From positions 11,627,654-11,691,653 of the forward strand of contig CM082577.2 of the NCBI GenBank assembly GCA_040954595.2: a stretch of DNA of 64,000 nt, written 5' to 3'. Below, one piece after another: positions 53,001 to 64,000 of this stretch (position 1 is the first letter of the stretch; the number at the start of each line of letters is the position of its first letter). The translations under genes and the position numbers were made by a program. The notes beneath the pieces were generated by a model. That model searched no databases, was not told where the DNA came from, and saw nothing but the letters and a program-made list of their open reading frames with translations. Source of the DNA: Balanoglossus misakiensis. Lineage: Eukaryota > Animalia > Hemichordata.

Positions 53001-56000
53001 AGGATCTTGGGTCGGCATCATCGCTCATCTTGGTTTCTGGAGATAACTTTGCACATCTGGGACATCATGTGGGAGAAGAATAATATTATAGGTACTTCTG
53101 GACAGCTTCCATCTGTTGGACATCATTTCACCTTGCAGGCATCAATGGTACAGGATCTTGGGTCGGCATCATAGCTCATCTTGGTTTCTGGAGATAACTT
53201 CGCACATCTGGGACATCATGTGGGAGAGAAATAACATTATAGGTACTTCTGGACAGCTTCCATCTGTTGGATATCATTTCACCTTGCAGGCATCAATGGT
53301 ACAGGATCTTGGGTCGCCATCATAGCTCATCTTGGTTTCTGGAGCTAACTTCGCACATCTGGGACATCATGTGAGAGACGAATAATATTATAGGTACTTC
53401 TGGACAGCTTCCATCTGTTGGACATCATTTCACCTTGCAGGCATCAATGGTACAGGATCTTGGGTTGCCATCATTGCTCATCTTGGCTTCTGGAGATAAC
53501 TTTGCACATCTATGACATCATTTGGAAGACAAATAACATTATAGGTACTTCTGGACAGCTTCCATCTGTTGGACATCATTTCACCTTGCAGGCATCAATG
53601 GTACAGGATCTTCGGTTGGCATCATAGCTCATCTTGGTTTCTGGAGATAACTTTGCACATCTGGGACATCATGTTGGAGACAAATAATATTAGACTTCTG
53701 GACAGCTCATATCTATATAAATAAATAATATAAACATGAAATAAATATCTCAGCTCACTTTCTTTATATATGGTGACTGGAGATATCTTTGCACATCTGG
53801 GACATCATGTGGGAGACGAATAATATTATAAATACTTCTGGACAGCTTCCATCTGTTTGACATCATTTCACCTTGCAGGCATCAATGGTACAGGATCTTG
53901 GGTCGGCATCATAGCTGATCTTGGTTTCTGGAGATAACTTTGCACATCTGGGACATCATGTGGGAGACGAATAATATTATACTTATGGACAGCTTCCATC
54001 TGTTGGACATCATTTCACCTTGCAGGCATCAATGGTACAGGATCTTGGGTCGGCATCATAGCTGATCTTGGTTTCTGGAGATAACTTTGCACATCTGGGA
54101 CATCATGTGGGAGACGAATAATATTATACTTATGGACAGCTTCCATCTGTTGGACATCATTTCACCTTGCAGGCATCAATGGTACAGGATCTTGGGTCGG
54201 CATCATAGCTCATCTTGGTTTCTGGAGATAACTTTGCACATCTGGGACATCATGTGGGAGACGAATAATATTATACTTATGGACAGCTTCCATCTGTTGG
54301 ACATCATTTCACCTTGCAGGCATCAATGGTACAGGATCTTGGGTCGGCATCATAGCTGATCTTGGTTTCTGGAGATAACTTTGCACATCTGGGACATCAT
54401 GTGGGAGAAGAATAATATTATAGGTACTTATGGACAGATTCCATCTGTTGGACATCATTTCACCTTGCAGGCATCAATGGTACAGGATCTTGGGTCGGCA
54501 TCATAGCTCATCTTGGTTTCTGGAGATAACTTTGCACATCTGGGACATCATGTGGGAGACGAATAATATTATAGGTACTTATGGACAGCTTCCATCTGTT
54601 GGACATCATTTCACCTTGCAGGCATCAATGGTACAGGATCTTGGGTCGGCATCATAGCTCATCTTGGTTTCTGGAGATAACTTTGCACATCTGGGACATC
54701 ATGTGGGAGACGAATAATATTATAGGTACTTATGGACAGATTCCATCTGTTGGACATCATTTCACCTTGCAGGCATCAATGGTACAGGATCTTGGGTCGG
54801 CATCATAGCTCATCTTGGTTTCTGGAGATAACTTTGCACATCTGGGACATCATGTGGGAGAAGAATAATATTATAGGTACTTATGGACAGCTTCCATCTG
54901 TTGGACATCATTTCACCTTGCAGGCATCAATGGTACAGGATCTTGGGTCGGCATCATAGCTCATCTTGGTTTCTGGAGATAACTTTGCACATCTATGACA
55001 TCATGTGGGAGACGAATAATATTATAGGTACTTCTGGACAGCTTCCATCTGTTGGACATCATTTCACCTTGCAGGCATCAATGGGACAGGATCTTGGGTC
55101 GGCATCATCGCTCATCTTGGTTTCTGGAGATAACTTTGCACGTCTATGACATCATGTGGGAGACGAATAATATTATAGGTACTTCTGGACAGCTTCCATC
55201 TGTTGGACATCATTTCACCTTGCAGGCATCAACGGAACAGGATCTTGGGTCGGCATCATAGCTCATCTTGGTTTCTGGAGATAACTTTGCACATCTGGGA
55301 CATCATGTGGGAGACGAATAATATTATACTTATGGACAGCTTCCATCTGTTGGACATCATTTCACCTTGCAGGCATCAATGGTACAGGATCTTGGGTCGG
55401 CATCATAGCTCATCTTGGTTTCTGGAGATAAATTTGCACATCTGGGACATCATGTGGGAGACGAATAATATTATAGGTACTTCTGGATAGCTTCCATCTG
55501 TTGGGCATCATTTCACCTTGCAGGCATCAATGGTACAGGATCTTGGGTCGGCATCATAGCTCATCTTGGTTTCTGGAGATAACTTTGCACATCTGGGACA
55601 TCATGTGGGAGACGAATAATATTATAGGTACTTCTAGACAGCTTCCATCTGTTGGACATCATTTCACCTTGCAGGCATCAATGGTACAGGATCTTGGGTC
55701 GGCATCATAGCTCATCTTGGATTCTGGAGATAACTTTACACATCTGGGACATCATGTGGGAGACGAATAATATTATAGGTACTTCTGGACAGCTTCCATC
55801 TGTTGGACATCATTTCACCTTGCAGGCATCAATGGTACAGGATCTTGGGTCGGCATCATAGCTCATCTTGGATTCTGGAGATAACTTTACACATCTGGGA
55901 CATCATGTGGGAGACGAATAATATTATAGGTACTTCTAGACAGCTTCCATCTGTTGGACATCATTTCACCTTGCAGGCATCAATGGTACAGGATCTTGGG

Positions 56001-56405
56001 TCGGCATCATAGCTCATCTTGGATTCTGGAGATAACTTTAAACATCTGGGACATCATGTGGGAGACGAATAATATTATAGGTACTTCTGGACAGCTTCCA
56101 TCTGTTGGACATCATTTCACCTTGCAGGCATCAATGGTACAGGATCTTGGGTCGGCATCATAGCTCATCTTGGATTCTGGAGATAACTTTACACATCTGG
56201 GACATCATGTGGGAGACGAATAATATTATAGGTACTTCTGGATAGCTTCCATCTGTTGGGCATCATTTCACCTTGCAGGCATCAATGGTACAGGATCTTG
56301 GGTCGGCATCATAGCTCATCTTGGATTCTGGAGATAACTTTACACATCTGGGACATCATGTGGGAGACGAATAATATTATAGGTACTTCAGGACAGCTTA
56401 TATCT
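47090..56405. repeat. Satellite array, 151-bp (and 148-bp) monomer, roughly 55-60 units, with interspersed 136-bp variant monomers
   Basis: Monomer ...CATCATTTCACCTTGCAGGCATCAATGGTACAGGATCTTGGGTCGG...; 136-bp variant x4 at 48462-49006 and singly near 51870 and 53660; block ~51173-52050 repeated 1792 bp later. Confidence 0.97.
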
Positions 56406-56723
56406 GTATTAATAAAAAAAATAAAACATGTAATTAATCTTCGGAATACAAGTGTGGATAAAACCAACTTTTGCAGTCTTGTTAGCATCATTATTACGGC
56501 CGGGATTGTTGGTTTATTCTATTCCACCTCGAAACACGCCATCCACGATACTTGTAGCTCGCATGGACCTTGTTGAAGAGCAAGAATGTGCAAATTATCA
56601 GCCGTCTGTTGGAGTCCGTATTTCACCGATTCAATCGAAGTGTTGTTTTGTTGGAATAGTAGTGACAGTCAGCCGAGAATACATCGTTTAAAACAAACAC
56701 TGATTCCATGAAACTATGTTGTG

Positions 56724-57960
56724 TTAATTGTTTTTCAAAAACCCTCGCCCTTTACTTTTGGAATCGTTGGTGTGATCACTTCCCGGCGTCACAATATCCT
56801 GCATGTGCGTCGTCATTGGCAACCAGTCACAGTCTAAAGCTTCAAGGGCACGCTTGTGGTGTTCAATGCACTGTGTTCCGAACACTTTGGCTGGCTTTAA
56901 CAAGACAATTCCCAGAGCATTACCGGATTCTTTGAGTGCAGCATAATTGCAAGGGAAGATATCATAACATTTAAAAATATGGATAAGAAATTCTTTTACG
57001 TTACGAAAAATCCCGAATTCCTTCAATGTCGATTTCAAATACAACTCTAAGCGGTGAGCTGTACAATGGATGTTGACCAAATGTTTGACATCTTGACGAA
57101 CGCGTGTTGTTACACCACACATGACAGAAGCACCGTCAGATGCCGTCGCCACAAGGTTTTGTTTCCATTCGTTTGGTTCCATAGCCATTTCAACACAAAA
57201 AGCCCTGTCAATGGCATTGATTATCGATTCCACATTACCTCGCGGCATTGGCTGTAAACTCAGGAACTTTGTGATGGGGCGACAAACGCGATGCATACGA
57301 ATGTATACTATTTCTTCCTCGACAGTTGATCTGCCCGTTGAAGAATCATTGAGCACAAAGTACAGCTTACTTTCAGTTATGTCCGTCACAACATCCTCAC
57401 GCAAAACTTCAGCCATGTACCGTACGAAATTCGGTACTTGCTTGTCATTACGGTATGTGTTGGTTTATATCTTGAAGATCCAGTAAACCTGTCAAATCAC
57501 TGAAGGGTTTCTCATATTTCACAATATAACAGGCAGTATGGAACAGCACTTTCATTCATTCATACTGAAGTTTGTCCATGTTCATTACGGATGACACAAT
57601 AGGATGCGTTCTGGAACTAAGTTCGATAATCTGCCTCTATACCGATCTTCTGTGGGGTTGGCTGGCCTCGTGTTTTTGCAGAGAATCAATGCAAAAGTTA
57701 GCACCACCATCTCCGGTAAAGGCTGATGTCCCGGCTGGACATATTTTACAAAACATTGCTTGTCTTCTTCCATCACATTGAAGCCATTCTCTTCCGGCAA
57801 GCCACAATGTTTGAAATGTTCGCCCACGTACGACTTTAGCTTTTTGTGACACGGAAGGCTGATCATCTTGCGGTGTTGATGGCAATGCCTGTGAATTGAC
57901 CTCATCCAATGCTGATGACATAGTCTTTTGGCTCTTTCTGAAATAATTCAGGAGACTCAT
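56724..57960 (-). pseudogene. Disrupted hAT-family transposase (ZNF862-like)
   Basis: TTF-type Zn finger RTFQTLWLAGREWL...MFCKIC...LQKHEASQPH, then frameshifts and stops, then LNDSSTGRSTVEEEIVYIR, ASDGASVMCG, IHCTAHRLEL; C-terminus truncated. Confidence 0.85.
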
Positions 57961-59089
57961 TTTTGCTGTTTCTCTGCAATTGTGATCTGTGCAAGCAAAT
58001 TTTAACTGGCTAAAAAAATATACCACTTGGCGAAACCCTACATTCTCAAACATCAAAAAACATATACAATATTTGTTCAGATAATGACACCAATTATGAC
58101 CAAGTTGTGTTTTTCGAAAGCTGGGAAATACTGCTCCTGGAACCATACTTGATTTTTAACATCCTTTGTAGGAATAATGCAAACTTTTGTGAATAGCAGT
58201 ACTTGGTCAAAACAATATGTCTAAGTCTTCAAATGACCATGTGGTGGTGGTGCACTTTTGGCATGTGTCACCAACTAAAATCAGTCATCGGCTATATTTG
58301 ACTTTCCATGGTAACAATGGTTAAATTTGCATATGTGACTGTATAACTGAAAAGGATTGCCCTGGTTTCTTTTATATACGAACAAATCTTTTAATTCAAC
58401 ACCTTAAACTGTCTTCACATTTTTTCGTTGTCAAGGATACCGACATAATCTCACCATAATACAGTATCCGGGGCTAGCATCACCATTTTTCATCCAGACT
58501 TCTCGGTTGTGGTTGACATCTTTTCATATCTGATTACAGGTCTTATAACATCTGCCAAAAAATAGAAATAACATTCATCTTATTCAAACTGCTTACCAAC
58601 CACAGCTGGGCATCATTTTGATAAATCTGGGCTCATCTTAGTTTTTGGATATGCATTTTGATTGGACAGTCAATTGCGTACATCTGAGGCATCATGTTGG
58701 CACTACCAGCATCTTCACAAAACACCAGTAAATGTTCATTACATGTACAGAAAGCTGCATCAGTAGTAAATATTAAAAACATGAAAATGTGACACTTTAG
58801 CTTTTGGGCATTATATCTATATTGGACCAAATTTTCAATGACAATAAATATATGAAAAATCCTCCTCAGCTGTCTCTGCAATGCTAGTTTAGTAGACAGT
58901 TTGGGCTACTGGACATGGTGTTCAAGTACCTGAAATGAATGAAAAATAGGGATAATGTTATTTACTTTCTTTCAAATGTTGCATTTCACAATAAAGACAG
59001 TTACTGATAGTCAGAGACAGATTTCTTATATCCCTGCCTTGCACAATGTTAATACTGGTACATGTAATTGTGATTGTTTACACATGGTA

Positions 59090-59335
59090 CAACAAAACCA
59101 AATCAAACCCACCAAACCAAAGCAACCAAACCAAAGTAACCAAACCCAACGAACCAAATCAAACCAAACCAAACCAAACCAAAAGGAACCAAACCAAACC
59201 CACCAAACCAAACCAGACCCAACAAACCAAACCAAAACGAACCTAACCAAACCCACTAAACCAAAACGAACCAAACCAAACCAAACCAGACCAAACAAAC
59301 CAAAACGAATCAAGCCTAACCAAACCAACCATATC
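59090..59335. repeat. Degenerate (CCAAA)n pentanucleotide repeat
   Basis: Visible repeat; explains the TKPNQ and GLVWF ORFs. Confidence 0.93.
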
Positions 59336-60779
59336 AAACATACAACATACACCATCACCAACATGCCAAAATTGCTGCATCCTTGTAAAATGAAGTCCTG
59401 GAAAATAGAGGTAATATATTAAAGTAAAAATTCAGTATCATAAAAAGGGGTTAAATACAATAGATTAATAATGAGAGTCAAATTTTCTTCGCATGCGCAA
59501 ATTCGCGTGAAAAGTGTTATCATGATATGTTCTTGCTTTGCAATTTTGTGAGTGCATAACATTTTTGAGGATGTAAACATTCACACCCAATAATGACCAC
59601 ATGAGTAAATTAATTCTTTTTATATGCACAAAACATAACTACAGTTTACTTTGTTATACAATTTCAACATCCTGATGTGAAATTGAAGTGATAGAGACGG
59701 CACATCTAAATGGGTCCATCTTCGATTCCAATATCTTGAATGATCCATGACTATCTGTGAAAAAATAAAGAAACATGTCAATGATTTCACACTTGTAATT
59801 GCTTAAATTAAAACACTATACAAAGGCAGGGATGTGATTCCTCTCTTGCTTTCCGGCTGCCAAAGCATGAAAGGAACCATCTCCCATTTAAAGCCTTTGT
59901 AGGCACTATTCGGTAAATTGTTACACACAAACTTCCAAATGACTAGAAGTAAATTGTACCCACCATATTCTGTGTTGATTTTCAGCAGCTACCGGTACTT
60001 CAGTTCTTGTGAAAAGTTTCTTGTTTCGCGTTGGATACACTTTGCATTAGAACTTGTGAACATGGGTAATGTGTGAATATTGTTTGATGAAATGCGTAAC
60101 ATAATGAAAAGTACTATATAACACAGTCAATCAGATGTTGAAAAGATGCGCGCGCACTGGAAAGACACAATATTTATAGAAATACATGGCAAAAGTTTAA
60201 AACACACATTTACTATATGCTGTACCTGCAAGTAATATGAAAATAAAAATTAGTTACAGTATTTACAATTTGAAGTAATCACAACAAATTCATTAATATC
60301 CTGTCCTCTTCCTAAATCTGCATTATTTGTTCCACCTGAAAATGTTAATTTGTTATAATCTTCTTTTCTTCTTCTTGGACATTTTTACCAACCACGTGAC
60401 AATTAATCAAAAGACCAACTGACCAACACCAACAACAACTACCTCCACGATATGTGAATGAAACAATTCCTCCACAGAAATTCCATGACAACAAAACCAA
60501 AGAAGCCCAAACCAAACAATTTAAACACTGTTCCACAACCGCCACCGATATCACCATCACCAAGATGTAGAATTTATCTGGGAAAGCAAGCAATATAAGA
60601 CCTTTGTGGAAATTTATGGTACAATTTGAAACACGTGTGACGTTGGCATAAAACCCAAGAAAGTATCAGCTTGAAAATCTGTAAATAAAAGTTGTTACTT
60701 ATCTGTTCGAAGTTTGCAAAAATAGCTCCAGTGTCTGTGGTAGTTTTGTCCCATCGTTATCCTGTGAAATTGGGTTTTT

Positions 60780-61110
60780 AGTTTCGTTGACTCTTGTTTA
60801 TTTTTGACAAATTATCCACGAGTCTCAAAGACGACTATCACCGGAAGTACGTGGAAGATCGCGGTTTTTTCCACGACGTTGCCTCCTCTTATCTCCAGAG
60901 GGCGCCGTCAGTGACCTTTGGCTTTTCATGGACGCGCCTGGAGAGATGCTTTCCGAGGTGTTGAAAAATTGAACGCGTGCTTTTTAACCACGATGAAACG
61001 CCAGATTTTGGAAAGTAACGTTGTAGTGGATGGTCGAGTACATTAATTACTATGAGAATGTTACGAATCCGTAAATCTCGTTCAGAGTCCCGTGGTCGGA
61101 CGCATGCATT
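60780..61110. promoter_or_regulatory. CpG-enriched promoter-like region with ETS motif CCGGAAGT (60841-60848)
   Basis: Local CpG enrichment; plus-strand donors downstream at 61323 (gtgagt) and 61941 (gtaagt). Confidence 0.45.
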
Positions 61111-62476
61111 CGAGATTTAAAGAGCTCCAACACTAACACGTCTTCCCCAACTGCTTCCAGGCATGGTACCTGCTGTCGACTATTTTTTCAGAAAGGACGA
61201 GTAGAAGAATGTTGCCGTTGAAGAATGTTGTGAGTATGACATCGGACAGAAGAAATGGATAGAAAAGGGTTTGTGAGTATACAGGTATTTTTGTTACAGG
61301 CAGAGGGAAACACAAACAGATGGTGAGTAATGTATATTTCACAACAGTTTATTTGTTTGTTTGTTTGTTTGTTTGTTTTTGGTTATGTTCGCACTCACTA
61401 GACTGTATGCATGTGTCAAGGGCGTACTCTCTCACTGCCAGTTTTGGTCACAAATACAAAAGGGCAAATGTCCCTATGAAATTCGAAGATGGTTTAACGT
61501 TCTTGCTTTGGCGGCTGGAAAGCAAGAAAGCAAACCTTACCATGTCTGAGCCTAAATTAGGCTTACTGGCACCCTTTTGTATCTTACATTTCAAAAGTTA
61601 CTTTATATTTCGTAAACTTTTATTGGGTATTAAACGGGGTTCTTAAATTGATATCATTATGACACATGTACAGCCACTAGTGAACATGACAAAATGTGTG
61701 TATAAGTATATTTTGTTACTTTTTCAACCTAAAATCAGTATTATCAGTTTTGGTTACAAAAATGGAAAATGTCCCTTTGGTTTTAAAAATTAATATAATT
61801 ATGACACATGTATCATCCACAAGTGAACATGCCCAAGTTTTCCTAGTTTTCACAACACAAATACTAATGAACTTTTCCATCATAGGTTGATCATGGAGGA
61901 ACTACTCAAGTCGTTATTGAGAATCTGTGAACAGGCTAGGGTAAGTGTTGTACCTATATTATATAGAGTTTTAATATTCAACTATTTTCAATTTGTGAGG
62001 CATAATCAGGGCCATCAATCTTGTGGATCATACTTTCTATGGTTAGCTTTTCATGATGTGCCAGCCACGCTTCACCCAAGGTTGTTTTTATACAGATGGG
62101 TGATCATTCTGCTCAACATTGTGATTATGCTTGTGTGGCATGGGGACGGGAGCCCTTTTAAATTTCCTGAGAAAAACTACTCTGAAGTTGGGTGTTAGAT
62201 CTAAATACAATGCCACCTGGAACCAGATCCCAAGATAGCTGCCACAAGCGTTGGAGCTTTGCTAACAGAACACTAGAGGGCGCTGTTTGGCTACTATAGT
62301 TTGTTGTCATTTCCATTCATGTAGGACTAGACTGTTTACATCTGAAACTCACTTGCTGTGTTAAATGCATCATGTAACTGTAAAAATGTAATAAAAATCC
62401 AAATATTGCCATACACTGAGTGACTCAGGAAAGTTTTAATTTACAAATAACAACTAAATACAACTTTATTTCATTT

Positions 62477-63300
62477 GTTCTCTCCACAGAACTGAAACCA
62501 ATCCCCTCCCAACAGACAGCAGAAATCGATCCCCTCCCAACAGACGTCTGCAACCAATCCCCTCCTACCAGACGGCTGAAAGCAATACCCTCCTAACAGA
62601 TGACTGAAACCATTTATTGATATATTTCCATGTGTTCTCTCCACAGAACTGAAACCATTCCCCTCCCAACAGACAGCAGAAATCGATCCCCTCCCAACAG
62701 ATGTCTGCAACCAATCCCCTCCTACCAGATGGCTGAAAGCAATACCCTCCTAACAGATGACTGAAACCATTTATTGATATATTTCCATGTGTTCTCTCCA
62801 CAGAACTGAAACCATTCCCCTCCCAACAGACAGCAGAAATCGATCCCCTCCCAACAGACGTCTGCAACCAATCCCCTCCTACCAGACGGCTGAAAGCAAT
62901 ACCCTCCTAACAGATGACTGAAACCATTTATTGATATATTTCCATGTGTTCTCTCCACAGAACTGAAACCATTCCCCTCCCAACAGACAGTAGAAATCGA
63001 TCCCCTCCCAACAGATGTCTGCAACCAATCCCCTCCTACCAGACGGCTGAAAGCAATACCCTCCTAACAGATGACTGAAACCATTTATTGATATATTTTC
63101 ATGTGTTCTCTCCACAGAACTGAAACCATTCCCCTCCCAACAGACAGCAGAAATCCATCCCCCCCCCCAACAGATGTCTGCAACCAATCCCCTCCTACCA
63201 GACGGCTGAAAGCAATACCCTCCTAACAGATGACTGAAACCATCCCCCAACAGATAGCTGAAACCATTTATTGATATATTTTCATGTGTTCTCTCCACAG
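62477..63300. repeat. 157-bp tandem repeat, ~5 copies
   Basis: TTCTCTCCACAG recurs at ~62478, 62635, 62792, 62949, 63106 and then 63289. Confidence 0.93.
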
Positions 63301-64000
63301 CAACTGGAACCCACTCCCCACCAACAGATGGCTGAAACCACCACCCCAACCCCACCACCACCACCCAAAAAGATGGCTGCTGAAAGATTTTTACTAATTA
63401 TGAAAATGGTATGTACAATTGAACTAGTTTTGAATGCAATGATAACTGATATATGTTCATGTGTTCTGTCCACAGCAATTGGTTCTACTCTCTGCTGAAA
63501 AGACGTCTGAAACCAATTTCCATCAAAAGATGACTGAAACCAACCCCACCCAAGTGATGACTGCTGCAAGATTTCTACTAGCAAAAAAAGATGGTATGTA
63601 CAAATTAACTTGTTTTGAATGTAATAATGACTGATGTACCGGTACATGTATGTTCATGCGTTCTCTCTACAGCAACTGGAACTACTCTCCAGTGAAAAGA
63701 CGTCTGAAACCAATTTCCATCAAAAGATGACTGAAACCAACCCCATCCAAGAGATGACTGCTGCAAGATTTCTACAAGCGAAAAAATATGGTATGTACAA
63801 TTGAACTTGTTTTGAATACAATGATGGCTGATATGTATGGTCATGAATGTGTTGTCTCCACAGCAATTGGAACTACTCTCCGATGAAAAGACAGCTGAAA
63901 CCAACCCCATCCAAGTGATGGCGGCTGCAAGATTTCTACAAGCGAAAAAATACGGTATGTACAATTGAACTTGTTTTAAATGCAATGATAACTGATATGT
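63301..64000 (+). other. Tandemly repeated exon-intron units (putative exons 63301-63408, 63476-63593, 63673-63790, 63864-63954)
   Basis: Each unit is Y-rich...(c/t)acag|exon|gtatgt with 67-79-nt introns. The reading frame is not conserved across junctions. Confidence 0.5.

Noticed and set aside
47490-56400. CRISPR array or repeat-protein gene
   Set aside because: No unique spacers and no cas genes in a eukaryotic context; the 151-bp unit is not a multiple of 3 and most units carry stops.
58955-59422. TKPNQ-rich ORF and its hydrophobic antisense ORF
   Set aside because: (CCAAA)n simple repeat.
62471-63364. Repeated minus-strand ORFs MQTSVGRGS...
   Set aside because: Antisense readings of the 157-bp repeat; the splice-like signals are on the plus strand.

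Overview
AT-rich, repeat-dense eukaryotic (metazoan, probably marine invertebrate; species cannot be established) genomic DNA with GT-AG introns. Genes reconstructed by reading splice sites: (i) an intact 3-exon PIF/Harbinger DDE transposase (709-2361, minus); (ii) two tandem paralogues of a multi-exon gene for an ~84-aa secreted, acidic, six-cysteine peptide (CDS 4294-5297 and 10539-11189, minus), invisible in the ORF track; (iii) a ten-finger C2H2 zinc-finger ORF (32052-32954, minus); (iv) a second, apparently domesticated HARBI1/ALP1-like gene (39661-41692, minus); (v) a broken hAT (ZNF862-like) transposase. About half of the window is repeats: a 13-kb block of nine Helentron-type non-autonomous elements inserted into one another (heads and tails balance like brackets), a second Helentron-type family, TTAA- and 8-bp-TSD MITEs, a 726-bp palindrome, short footprints resembling P-superfamily excision scars, Penelope-like RT fragments, a ~9-kb 151-bp satellite and exon/intron-shaped tandem repeats at the right end. 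Coordinates and translations were read by eye; no database searches were run.
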